Positions 1 through 8,915 of a DNA stretch of 27,181 bases are shown here, one piece after another (the stretch's first letter is position 1; each line of letters starts with the position of its first letter). The notes under the pieces were generated by a model. It was given only the letters and a program-made list of their open reading frames with translations. It was not told the DNA's origin and did not search any database. Origin of the DNA: Candidatus Pacearchaeota archaeon (GTDB lineage Archaea; Nanobdellota; Nanobdellia; Pacearchaeales; GW2011-AR1); NCBI GenBank assembly GCA_018304175.1, contig JAGVWT010000013.1, positions 1 to 27,181 on the forward strand. Reading direction: 5' to 3'. Made by a program: the position numbers and the translations under genes.

Positions 1-1
1 T

Positions 2-208
2 TTAGATGATTATATTGATAGAGCACATACAAGCCAAGGACTTCCAAGAAGAGATGTTAAAAAAGGAAATTTATATTTCTGGCATCCAAGAAATGTTTCA
101 GTTGCCTGGTTCGACGCTCTCGGCAACAGGGCGAATCTGTATTGCGACTGGTTTCCTCAGTTCAGGTATTTCGACATCGGGGTACGCGCTGTTGCACAGG
201 AAAAGTAA
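2..208 (+). CDS. 3' end of a hypothetical protein (frame +2, truncated by window start); not in the supplied ORF track
   Basis: Frame +2 is open from base 2 to TAA at 206-208: ...GNLYFWHPRNVSVAWFDALGNRANLYCDWFPQFRYFDIGVRAVAQEK*. It is protein-like and ends in a GxR motif I associate with a DPANN family with FGE-like C-termini. It is followed by a TATA box (AAACTTATTTAAAA, 241-254) for the next gene. Confidence 0.7.
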   Translation, partial: LDDYIDRAHTSQGLPRRDVKKGNLYFWHPRNVSVAWFDALGNRANLYCDWFPQFRYFDIGVRAVAQEK

Positions 209-274
209 GGTTTGGCTCGCTGGCAAAAAAGTTGAACAACAAACTTATTTAAAACATTTTTCTCTTTGTTATTA

Positions 275-805
275 ATGAAATTATCAAAAATTGGTGATAT
301 TGTTTTAAGATATTTAATTCTCGTTTTGGTCGCCTTTCCGAATCTCTGGATTTTTTATTTGATTTTTACACCGTTGACGATTTACCCAATTTATTTTATT
401 CTTAAACTGTTCTTTGATGTTAGTTTAATGAGTAATTTTATTGTTATAAACAAAATTCTTACTGTGGAAATAATCTCCGCATGCATTGCCGGCGCCGCGT
501 ATTATTTTCTTTTAGTGCTTAACCTTTCGACCCCAAAAATAGATTTTAAGCATAGGGCATCAATAATTATTTTTTCATTCACAACGCTTTTAATCTTGAA
601 CATTTTCAGGATTCTCATATTAATATTAATAGCAAGAGGAGGAACTTCATTTTTTGACTTAACCCATGAAATTTTTTGGTATGGATTAAGCACAGTGTTT
701 GTCATAGTCATTTGGTTCTCTTCTGTTAGAATTTTTAGAGTTAAAGAAATACCATTCTATTCCGATTTAAAATATTTATATAAAAAATCTCATTTGAATG
801 ATTGA
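275..805 (+). CDS. Archaeosortase/exosortase-family membrane transpeptidase (pacearchaeosortase-like)
   Basis: Multi-TM protein with Cys (ISACIAG), Arg (LNIFRI) and His (THEIFW) in exosortase catalytic-triad order. ATG at 275 is preferred over TTG at 266. Confidence 0.8.
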   Translation: MKLSKIGDIVLRYLILVLVAFPNLWIFYLIFTPLTIYPIYFILKLFFDVSLMSNFIVINKILTVEIISACIAGAAYYFLLVLNLSTPKIDFKHRASIIIFSFTTLLILNIFRILILILIARGGTSFFDLTHEIFWYGLSTVFVIVIWFSSVRIFRVKEIPFYSDLKYLYKKSHLND

Positions 806-1442
806 TATGGTATCTGAATTATTGAATCAATTAGTGAACTCTTTTCTGAATTTAATTAATGAAATTGGTTATTTTGGGATATTTATTGGAATGACAATTG
901 AAAGTTCTTTTATTCCATTTCCGAGTGAAATTATCCTTATTCCGGCAGGTGTATTAGCGGCGAGAGGTGAGATGAGCATCTTATTAATTTTTATAGTCTC
1001 TTTGCTAGGAAGCCTTTTTGGCGCGGCGATAAATTATTTCGTTGGTTACTTTATCGGCAGAAAAGCAGTTGATTTTTATATCTCAAAATACGGAAAATTT
1101 TTTTTGTTGTCTGAAAAAAAATTAAGAAAAACAGATAATTATTTTGAAAAATACGGAGACGTAACTACTTTTGTTGGAAGATTAATTCCCGGGATAAGGC
1201 AATTAATTTCCCTTCCTGCAGGATTTGCAAAAATGAACATAAAAAAGTTTTTTCTTTTCACTTCTCTTGGAGCAGGAATTTGGAGTATTTTTTTAATATA
1301 TGTTGGCTATTTTATTGGGAAGGGTTTTATGTTGTTTGAGGAATTTCTTAATATTTTAGTTTTAGGTCTTGTTATTTTATCAGTGATAATTGCAATTTTT
1401 TATCTAAATATGAAAAAAAGAATTAAAGCAGCTCGTTATTAA
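798..1442 (+). CDS. dedA: DedA/SNARE-associated (VTT domain) membrane protein
   Basis: Hallmark motifs IESSFIPFPSE, GAAINYFVG, FVGRLIPGIRQLISLPAG. Confidence 0.92.
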   Translation: MIDMVSELLNQLVNSFLNLINEIGYFGIFIGMTIESSFIPFPSEIILIPAGVLAARGEMSILLIFIVSLLGSLFGAAINYFVGYFIGRKAVDFYISKYGKFFLLSEKKLRKTDNYFEKYGDVTTFVGRLIPGIRQLISLPAGFAKMNIKKFFLFTSLGAGIWSIFLIYVGYFIGKGFMLFEEFLNILVLGLVILSVIIAIFYLNMKKRIKAARY

Positions 1443-2067
1443 CTTTTATCAATGTTTCAAGCATGAATTTTTCCGTGACAGGAAGTATTTCGCAATTATT
1501 TACCCTTAAAACATAACATGAGTTAACTGCTTGTACAACTCTTGTTGTTTCACCTTCCTGAATATCAAGGTAAATGTACTCATTTCCTAAACTGCAGTCT
1601 AGTTCTTGATTTTTTACAACTTTAGTTCCTATAATTTCATAAAGTTTTACAAGATTTGCTACAGCAATTATTCCGTCTCCATTGCAGTTAAAATCTCCAT
1701 GAGAATCAATTACCATATTACCCATTAAATTGATATCTCCATCAAATTCAATGTCTTCTAAATCTCTTGGATTATTCCTTAAATAAAAATTATATTCTGC
1801 TTTGATTCCCTCACTTGTTATTACAGGAAGCTTTGTTTGGTACAATACCAAACATGGCTCAGCGTCACAGAATTTTACAACTTCAAAATAAACTCCTTTG
1901 TAAGTGAAATGGCTCATATTGTAAATAACAATATAACCAATTAAAAAAACCAAAATTACAACTCCGAATGCAATAAGAACATTCCTGAAAATTTTATTTT
2001 GTTTCTTATTTAATGGTTTCTCCTTCTTTTCTACAGAAGTTTTTTTATTTTGTCTTTTTTTTGGCAT
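1423..2067 (-). CDS. N-terminally membrane-anchored exported hypothetical protein
   Basis: Basic N-terminus, single TM helix, extracellular domain with Cys pairs. Resembles the neighbouring 2102-2665 protein. Confidence 0.75.
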   Translation of the reverse strand: MPKKRQNKKTSVEKKEKPLNKKQNKIFRNVLIAFGVVILVFLIGYIVIYNMSHFTYKGVYFEVVKFCDAEPCLVLYQTKLPVITSEGIKAEYNFYLRNNPRDLEDIEFDGDINLMGNMVIDSHGDFNCNGDGIIAVANLVKLYEIIGTKVVKNQELDCSLGNEYIYLDIQEGETTRVVQAVNSCYVLRVNNCEILPVTEKFMLETLIKVNNELL

Positions 2068-2101
2068 TTTTATTCTAAAGTTATATAACTTTTAAATTTA
2101 A

Positions 2102-2665
2102 CTACCCATTTACTCCTAATATTTTGAGCAAAAAACTGTCAGCGAGTCTTGACAAATCTTCATTTTTTCCTTCTATAAAAATGCAGTTATTTTCCTGTTT
2201 TATGTTAGTTGCTTGCGATTCTCTTATTATTATAAAATTGTCTTCACAGGTTTTTGCTTCAATATTATTGACAGTCTCAATCAATTCAGCGATTTGGATT
2301 AAATTAGTTCTTATTTCTGACTCAGCATCTATGCTTTCAGAGTAAATGTAAATCTTTTTTCCAGAGTAGTCTTGCAAAACTTTTTCCATTTCAATTGAGT
2401 TATAAGTTCCTCTTGGGTCGTTCCCGAATATGAAGTTCATTTCGTTTAAATTCAATATGAAGAAATTATTCTGCTGTGTAAATTGAAATCCGTTGTAATT
2501 TATTGTTGATGCTTCTGCTTTAGAGTCTGTTCCTGAGTCTCCTATAAATTGGAAACCATATCCTATAACACTAAAAAGCATTAAGAATATCAAAACTAAA
2601 CCAACCGTCAGCTGATTCTTTTTTCTGTTTTTCTCTTCAACATGTTTCGGTATTATTTTTCTCAT
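2102..2665 (-). CDS. N-terminally membrane-anchored exported hypothetical protein (probable paralog of 1423-2067)
   Basis: Basic N-terminus plus TM helix; YNGFQF vs YKGVYF; Cys..NNCIFIEG vs Cys..NSCYVL; similar C-terminal amphipathic helix. Confidence 0.75.
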   Translation of the reverse strand: MRKIIPKHVEEKNRKKNQLTVGLVLIFLMLFSVIGYGFQFIGDSGTDSKAEASTINYNGFQFTQQNNFFILNLNEMNFIFGNDPRGTYNSIEMEKVLQDYSGKKIYIYSESIDAESEIRTNLIQIAELIETVNNIEAKTCEDNFIIIRESQATNIKQENNCIFIEGKNEDLSRLADSFLLKILGVNG

Positions 2666-2727
2666 TTTACAAAATAATTTTGTTATGAAGGTATTAAAAG
2701 ATTATGTTTTTGTGTTACCAGAAAATT

Positions 2728-2778
2728 GCCTCGCTTTGCTCGTAAACTCGCTCATGGGTTTTTCTAAAAGAAAAACCT
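2728..2778. repeat. REP-like intergenic element and hairpin downstream of the S-layer gene
   Basis: CTCGCTTTGCTCGTAAACTCGCTC followed by the GGTTTTTCT-AAA-AGAAAAACC hairpin. GCTCGTAAACTC recurs reverse-complemented near 18237-18248. Confidence 0.5.
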
Positions 2779-2915
2779 TAACTTTCTTCGAACGCTGATG
2801 GTACTTGAGCCACATTAAATTAAGGCCGTTTAAGCGAGTCAATTTAATATTTACATCAAGGCTCTCGCCAGAAGTCAAAAAAAGAAAAAAATAAAGAAAA
2901 AATTATTTCTGAGAT

Positions 2916-5660
2916 TTACTCAACTACAAGCTCTGCACTTGTTGCAGATGTACCCTTGTATTTCTTACCACTTGTTGTATCAACAACCTGCGTTCTTAGA
3001 TACCTTGCAGCGTTTACAGTATCAGCAACGTCATAACCAGCAACAACTAATGCTACCTTTGTTGCAGAGTAAGGACTTGTTAGGCTTTGGATCAAGAATT
3101 GTCCTGAACCAACTCCTGTGCTTGTTGTAAAACTTGCACCACAGTAAGCTCCTCCGAGAACATTTGCGGCAGCAGAGTTAATACACGTACCACCAACAAT
3201 AATTAAGTTCTTTGAACTTACTGAACTGACTTCTGTATCTTTTACAAGGACATCACCAAGCTGCGTAGATCCTGCAGTTGTTCCACTTGCTGTGACAACT
3301 GAAGCTACTTCACCCATATACAATTGCGCGTACACTTGACTTGAAGGATAAGTTACAGTAACTCCCTTTTGATCTGAATCACTTGAATCAGAAAGGAAGT
3401 GTGTTCCCCACCAGTCAATCTCTTCTTCAAAGTTACTATCACTTGAACGCGTTGCAGATGCAGTGTAATACTGTGTTCCAATCAACACGTCATTAACACC
3501 TACACCGTTTGTTGACGTTCCTGGAGGATCACTTTCAAGGTCAATAACAATAGCTTCATAGTTGTTATTATTGTCTTTTCCTTCAAAGATAATCAATGCA
3601 GGATTGTCTATTTTTGCAAATGTACTTGCTCTTGGGTCTGTTAAGAACAAGTGAGTTACGTTAACTGTTCCTGCTGTTGCACTAATTAATCCAGTAGCTG
3701 CAGCTGTAAAGTTGTAATCAAGCTTACCGATTGTAGTGCTCACAGCATTACTAAGTGCAGCATCTGTAGAAATGTTAAGGGGTGCTTCAGTACTACCTAC
3801 AGTAACATTCCAAAGATTTCCAGCCCCACCTTGGAAGCCATAATAAGCAAAGGATACTGGTGTATAACCATCCCCATCAGGGAAGTATAATCTTGCGACT
3901 TTTGTTCCTCTGTTTGCATCTCCGTTAGCTCCTGGCGACGCAGTAACATCCTGTGGCCAGCTTGTCAAGTTAATTGCCAATGGCTCATAGAATGCAACCA
4001 ATGCACCTCTTTGTGTCTTTATTGTTGGGTAAACAACGTAGTCATCTCCTGTTGGAGAGTCAGATGTAGGATATTTAAGTTGAGCTCTGTGAGTTCCACC
4101 ACTTACTGCACTGAAGTTAACATCATATTGCTTTCCGTCAATTATAATGTAACCATTTGTGTCAGAAGTGAATGTTGCCTCATAAGTTACTCCACTAAAT
4201 GCATCTTGGTATTTCAACCTGTGCTTTGTATGGTCTCCTCCAGTACTATTGAATATATCAATAACCTGAAGAACATGTCCATAATCTTCGTTTCCTACAA
4301 CAATCCATTCATCCTCAGAGGCGTTAGCATGCTCCCAAACATAAATTGTTTTGTTTGAGTCATCTCTTAATTCCCACTGAGTACTTTCGTTGTGTGCAAA
4401 GACAAATGTTCCAGCATTTCCGTCATTATCTGTTAATGTAAGAGACATAGAATCATCTCCTGAGTTTGCAACTTCTATTGTATCTCTTGTTGTGTCTGCT
4501 AATGGACTGCTTATACCTGCAAAGTCAACTTTGAAGCTTCCCCATACAGGGTCTACAAATGACGTTCCTTCAAGAATTGTGTCAGTGTTAGAGTCTGGTC
4601 TGAAAACAGCAATTGCTATTCCTGTAGCAGTTCCTGGTCTTTGTCCAGCAGTTCCTGTAATGTAAGCCAATGTTCCGTCGACAGGTGTGTCGTCAGAACC
4701 TTTTGTAACAGTTGCTCCATGTGTTATGGTGACTTTTTCAGCACCAACTAACAATGTTGCAGTTATACCTCCTACATCAGATGCAACAACATCTTTTACA
4801 GCCACATCAATTCCTCCAACTTTTTTGGAGTTACCTTCTGTGATTGTTTTACTATCACCGTTTATTGTGACAGTTGCAGTTGTTGAATCTCCGTTAAGGA
4901 GTGTAATGGTGTAATCAGTACCACCAACAGTAACTGTTGCAGTTGGATTTTCAGCTCCTACTTTTGACAAAGTAACTTCTGATGAAGAACTGAATAAAAC
5001 TAAGTTAGTTGCGTCTGTAGCAGTACTTATTGTAAATTCCTTTCCGAAAAGGTTTACTGTTTCTCCTTCAGAATCTGCATGTGAGAAGTTAATTGCTTTG
5101 AAAGTTACTGTAGCGTTATACAATGGGTTTGAACTTGCACTTGTTCCAAGGCTAAGTCCAATAACTGGATCGTTATTGCTTTTTGGCTGCTTTGAAAATA
5201 TAACTTTTCCTGAGTTATCTGCTCCTGCAGCATTTGTAGCTTGCGAATTCAACTTAACAGAATGTGTTAATGTTGCATCAACATTTCCTGAAAAAGTTGT
5301 GTCTGCCAGTATTGTTGGAAGCTCGGTTTTCGTTATAGTGGTTCTTGCAGTTGTCAAGGATGTGTTCAAGTAAATTCTTGTAGCACCTGTGTCTAATGAT
5401 ACTGTTTCACCGCTTGTTGAGGTTGTTGTTGAACCTCCAGCTCCAGTACCCATGAAAGATTGCAAGTTGCTTTGTATATTACCTGCTTCAACAGCATCAA
5501 GTACAGAAACTCCAGCTCCAGTACCGTAGACAACTCCTACATCTGCTGCTCCTCCAACAACAAAAGGTGCTGGATAGTTTGCAGCAGCTGCAATTCCCAT
5601 TGTCATACCCATCATTAATCCACTAGCGGCTATTGCCGATACTTTTTTAAAATTAAACAT
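2916..5660 (-). CDS. S-layer protein (Methanococcales/DPANN type, 914 aa)
   Basis: Sec signal peptide (MFNFKKVSAIAASGLMMG...AAA), AANYPAPFV N-terminal motif, C-terminal NLIIVGGTCINSAAA and ALVVAGYDVADTVNAA motifs, Thr/Ser/Gly-rich, many NxS/T sequons, G-rich RBS upstream. Confidence 0.88.
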   Translation of the reverse strand: MFNFKKVSAIAASGLMMGMTMGIAAAANYPAPFVVGGAADVGVVYGTGAGVSVLDAVEAGNIQSNLQSFMGTGAGGSTTTSTSGETVSLDTGATRIYLNTSLTTARTTITKTELPTILADTTFSGNVDATLTHSVKLNSQATNAAGADNSGKVIFSKQPKSNNDPVIGLSLGTSASSNPLYNATVTFKAINFSHADSEGETVNLFGKEFTISTATDATNLVLFSSSSEVTLSKVGAENPTATVTVGGTDYTITLLNGDSTTATVTINGDSKTITEGNSKKVGGIDVAVKDVVASDVGGITATLLVGAEKVTITHGATVTKGSDDTPVDGTLAYITGTAGQRPGTATGIAIAVFRPDSNTDTILEGTSFVDPVWGSFKVDFAGISSPLADTTRDTIEVANSGDDSMSLTLTDNDGNAGTFVFAHNESTQWELRDDSNKTIYVWEHANASEDEWIVVGNEDYGHVLQVIDIFNSTGGDHTKHRLKYQDAFSGVTYEATFTSDTNGYIIIDGKQYDVNFSAVSGGTHRAQLKYPTSDSPTGDDYVVYPTIKTQRGALVAFYEPLAINLTSWPQDVTASPGANGDANRGTKVARLYFPDGDGYTPVSFAYYGFQGGAGNLWNVTVGSTEAPLNISTDAALSNAVSTTIGKLDYNFTAAATGLISATAGTVNVTHLFLTDPRASTFAKIDNPALIIFEGKDNNNNYEAIVIDLESDPPGTSTNGVGVNDVLIGTQYYTASATRSSDSNFEEEIDWWGTHFLSDSSDSDQKGVTVTYPSSQVYAQLYMGEVASVVTASGTTAGSTQLGDVLVKDTEVSSVSSKNLIIVGGTCINSAAANVLGGAYCGASFTTSTGVGSGQFLIQSLTSPYSATKVALVVAGYDVADTVNAARYLRTQVVDTTSGKKYKGTSATSAELVVE

Positions 5661-5814
5661 CGTTCCAATTTTAACCCCCTTTCATCTGTATAACTATGTT
5701 GTCTAAGACAACCTCTATTTTCTCTTAGAGAGTTATAGTCAAAACAGATTTTCCTTTAAAAAGCTTCTCAAAACCAAGTGAGTCATATTCAAAACTCCCT
5801 CTTTTTTAAGATTT

Positions 5815-5826
5815 TATTTATAAAGG
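5815..5826 (-). promoter_or_regulatory. Probable TATA box of the S-layer gene
   Basis: The minus strand reads GTAACCTTTATAAATAAA about 155 nt upstream of the ATG, implying a long 5' leader. Confidence 0.45.
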
Positions 5827-5895
5827 TTACGCTGTTACCTTGGCATAGTTATATCTAAGGCTTACAAAAATTTTTTATAGAACACAAGCTTTATT

Positions 5896-5986
5896 AACAT
5901 ATAGTATATTATTTAACATATATATAAAGGACCAACATATAATGAAAATATATATTTTATAGATATCTATTAGAGAAAAACATATA
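5896..5986 (+). promoter_or_regulatory. AACATATA direct repeats in the AT-rich divergent intergenic region
   Basis: AACATATA at 5896, 5915 and 5934 (exact 19-bp period) and at 5979. Palindromes AAAATATATATTTT (5946-5959) and ATAGATATCTAT (5959-5970). Confidence 0.5.
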
Positions 5987-6015
5987 TATACTTTATCGTC
6001 GGTGATTAAATCAGA

Positions 6016-6372
6016 ATGGTTGAAAAATCAAAAACAAGGGAAATAACAATAATTGAGTCTCACGGAGCTTTCTCAATATTCGCAAAGCATGGAACTTCAA
6101 AAAAAGAGTTTGATTTTTCTGATTTGGCTTCTTTGAGACAGCTTTTGAGCAATGAAAAAGCAAGGGTTTTACATGTCATAAAAACCCAAAATCCAGGTTC
6201 TATCTATGAACTGGCAAAGAAACTAGAACGGGGATTCAAATCTGTAAGTGATGACATAAAGCTTCTTGAAAGATTCGGTTTTATTGAATTAGTAGAGGAA
6301 AAAACAAAGCAAAGAATCAGACACAAGCCGGAAGTTGTTGTTGACAAAATCACAATTCACGTTAAAGTGTAG
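6016..6372 (+). CDS. Winged-HTH transcriptional regulator (COG4190/HVO_A0114-like)
   Basis: LRQLLSNEKARVLHVIKTQNPGSIYELAKKLERGFKSVSDDIKLLERFGFIEL is a typical wHTH of this archaeal family. Confidence 0.82.
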   Translation: MVEKSKTREITIIESHGAFSIFAKHGTSKKEFDFSDLASLRQLLSNEKARVLHVIKTQNPGSIYELAKKLERGFKSVSDDIKLLERFGFIELVEEKTKQRIRHKPEVVVDKITIHVKV

Positions 6373-6864
6373 CTAATAATACGCAACGAAGTAAATATCC
6401 ACATCTTTTGGTAAGTATTGAGCCGAGCCTTTCGAATTCACTGTTTTCTGACCTTCAGAGATATTTAATATTACCCACTTTGATGAAACTATATTTAATT
6501 CATAACCTTTTACAGGACTTCCAGTTTTCACATTCCAGCTTTCTCCCAAAATTCCTTTCAAATTTCTTTCAAGCACTTCACAAGGATCTTCTCCATTGGC
6601 GCAGGTATTTCTGATGTCACATTCATAAATCACATCCTGTACATTTAAAAACTCAAAATTATCAGTGCATGAAGTTGTATACTGCAAGAATGCCTGAGTG
6701 AAACTCTCAGCTTCGTAGCTTTCAACAGTTTCTTTTTTCGGTTCTCTGTTCAAATAAAAGGCTAGGAAAATCATCAAAATTATTGAGACAACAATTATTA
6801 TAAGTGCAAACCCAACCATTTCTTCCTGTGCTTTTTTGTTTTTTTTATTCATTATCTCCCCCAT
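6373..6864 (-). CDS. Pilin-like protein with class III signal peptide
   Basis: MNKKNKKA|QEEMVGFALIIIVVSIILMIF: basic leader, KA|Q site, hydrophobic helix. Confidence 0.7.
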   Translation of the reverse strand: MGEIMNKKNKKAQEEMVGFALIIIVVSIILMIFLAFYLNREPKKETVESYEAESFTQAFLQYTTSCTDNFEFLNVQDVIYECDIRNTCANGEDPCEVLERNLKGILGESWNVKTGSPVKGYELNIVSSKWVILNISEGQKTVNSKGSAQYLPKDVDIYFVAYY

Positions 6865-7369
6865 AACTCACTGTTATTTTCGCGATTTCGCATTTGTCAT
6901 GAACTTTTCCTTCAATGTTTTCTTTTCTGCATAAGGAAACAAAGTTCGAAAATTCACTGCTTATTCCATTGTCTAGAATTTTTATAATATCACACTGAGG
7001 GTAATTTGTAAGGGTACACTCTACTCTTACACCATATGCAACAGGATAAATTTTTCTAATTTCAATACTATCAACACCCCAAAAATTTGAATATTTGTTT
7101 GAATTTGTTTTCAACGCCATGACTTTATCTGCGTCGATGCAATTAGTTTTTTCATTTCCAAATGAACCACCACATGAAAATTCAGGAGAATTTGCTAATT
7201 TGGTTACTAAAAGTAATGCGTTCTTTTCTTCTAAAGTTGATGCTGAATCCTTTAATCCAGAATATGCAATCATAAAAATAAACAAACCAACAAAAACAAA
7301 AAACAGCGTCACAGCTAAAAGCATGAACGCCATCTGCTGAATTTTCATCTGCGCTTTTTTTTGTTTCAT
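6845..7369 (-). CDS. Pilin-like protein with class III signal peptide
   Basis: MKQKKA|QMKIQQMAFMLLAVTLFF; conserved Cys pairs in the globular part. Confidence 0.7.
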   Translation of the reverse strand: MKQKKAQMKIQQMAFMLLAVTLFFVFVGLFIFMIAYSGLKDSASTLEEKNALLLVTKLANSPEFSCGGSFGNEKTNCIDADKVMALKTNSNKYSNFWGVDSIEIRKIYPVAYGVRVECTLTNYPQCDIIKILDNGISSEFSNFVSLCRKENIEGKVHDKCEIAKITVSYGGDNE

Positions 7370-7444
7370 TTTTTCATCAGCTATGGGCAGTTTTTAAAGG
7401 AAGGTTAAGCGAAGGCTTGCCATCGATGTTCGAGGAGCCTCTCG

Positions 7445-8383
7445 CTACCATAGTCTGCAATTTATTACTTTATTTTTTGATTCAATGTTTTCTGCTAAAT
7501 TAATCATATAACCATCCAAATCAACAGAATCACTGAAACTTCCTTCTAAGCTACTAATTTCATTTAAGTCTTGAATTAAATTTGTCGAGCATCCTTCTCC
7601 AGCTATTAAATTAGATTTGTCGACGTACAATTTAGATAATTGCTCTGCCTTTTGCATTATTCTCTCTAATTGGCATTCATAAACTTCTTTGTCAGAGAAA
7701 ACAGCTGCATACATCAAAGAATCGCTATAAAAATACATTCTCTCGTTATTTTTGTCTAAGTATTTTCCATTATAACTAACTTCAACATCACAATTATTTC
7801 CTGAATTGAAACAGACTCTTATGCTATTTATTAAGCAATTCTCCAAAATCAGATTTTCTTGATTAAGGTTTGATATTTCATCACTGATACTTTCAGGAGG
7901 TTCAATGAAGCAATATTTCTTTTCTGAAGAAGTCAAATATATTAAATCAGCAACTTTGAATGGAAATTCAAAAGGTTTTGAAAAGAGGAAAAACTTTTTC
8001 CCTTCTTCAAAGTTCCCCGAAAAAATATATTTATTCTCAAAACCAATATCAATATCTGTTTCTGTCCATTCACCGAAATTTTGCTGAGAAACTTTTATTA
8101 TTTGCCTACCAAAAAAACCTTCGTTGCTGCATCTATTATAAATCCTTGTTTCAGTTGGAACTATTACAGAATTTGAAGTGCCAGTTTCAAAACCAGTTTC
8201 GAGGGGATTTAACAAAATACTTATTTCCTTTGCCGTTTGTGCATCTAAAGCTGTTTCTTCAGTTTCTATTATTTGTATTGAAGTATAAATTGCAAGAAAT
8301 AAAATAATTGCTCCAACAATTATTGCAAACAGCCAAGCAAAAGAAATCTGTAAACCTCTTTTTTGTTTCATATTATTTCTCAA
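7445..8383 (-). CDS. Pilin-like protein with class III signal peptide (312 aa; likely start ATG about 8371)
   Basis: MKQKRG|LQISFAWLFAIIVGAIILFLAI; several Cys in the exported domain. Confidence 0.68.
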   Translation of the reverse strand: MRNNMKQKRGLQISFAWLFAIIVGAIILFLAIYTSIQIIETEETALDAQTAKEISILLNPLETGFETGTSNSVIVPTETRIYNRCSNEGFFGRQIIKVSQQNFGEWTETDIDIGFENKYIFSGNFEEGKKFFLFSKPFEFPFKVADLIYLTSSEKKYCFIEPPESISDEISNLNQENLILENCLINSIRVCFNSGNNCDVEVSYNGKYLDKNNERMYFYSDSLMYAAVFSDKEVYECQLERIMQKAEQLSKLYVDKSNLIAGEGCSTNLIQDLNEISSLEGSFSDSVDLDGYMINLAENIESKNKVINCRLW

Positions 8384-8870
8384 TTGTAACCAAGTTCTCT
8401 CCGAAATCTTTTTTTATCACAAAATTGACTTTACCGTTGATGTTTTCAGCACATAACGGATTTTCATTTTCAGTTGTTTTTGTCAAATCAATATTTTTCA
8501 TTTCCCTTGAATCAATTCCTTCAGAGGAACCTAACGGATAAAAAAACAAATTTTCGTTTTCGTAGTAATTCTGCTCTAAATCCTCGTAAAATCCAACATA
8601 CATCCTTCTTTCTGGAGACGAATAATCAATAAAACAAACATACTCCACCTTATTAGGAACTATATACTCGACTTCCTGATTTCCCTGCGAACTTCTCCAC
8701 ATTTTATCTATATCACTCTGGAAATCAGTATAAAATTGCCCACTTTGAGCAGAGTTCTGCAACTCAAGAAATTTTCCTATTGCGTAGAATGCAAATGAAA
8801 TAAATATTATTATAAGAATTATCGAGAAAATCATACCGAAAGATAAATTGAATTGTCCTTGCTTTTTCAT
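8373..8870 (-). CDS. Pilin-like protein with class III signal peptide
   Basis: MKKQG|QFNLSFGMIFSIILIIIFISFAF. Confidence 0.7.
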   Translation of the reverse strand: MKKQGQFNLSFGMIFSIILIIIFISFAFYAIGKFLELQNSAQSGQFYTDFQSDIDKMWRSSQGNQEVEYIVPNKVEYVCFIDYSSPERRMYVGFYEDLEQNYYENENLFFYPLGSSEGIDSREMKNIDLTKTTENENPLCAENINGKVNFVIKKDFGENLVTIEK

Positions 8871-8915
8871 GTAAAAATAAATGAAGCACGGCTTATAAAA
8901 GTTTTTTAAATAAAA

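Noticed and set aside
6-275. ORF 6..275 from the track
   Set aside because: Shadow of the frame +2 gene ending at 208; it runs through the next gene's promoter.
2939-5373. Several plus-strand ORFs antisense to the S-layer gene, and similar antisense ORFs inside other long genes
   Set aside because: Typical shadow ORFs caused by codon bias; no starts with promoters and no family motifs.
5849-5859. TTATATCTAAG resembling an archaeal dif right arm
   Set aside because: No matching left arm at the 6-bp spacing.
6370-6375. Exactly abutting convergent stop codons (also 19996/19997)
   Set aside because: Consistent with ordinary genome compaction; no additional structure.
7380-7444. GC-rich hairpins inside the pilin operon as possible ncRNA or att site
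   Set aside because: No TAA-CANNNN-TTA core; short hairpins plus a TATA-like CTTTAAAAA are adequately explained as a terminator/internal promoter.
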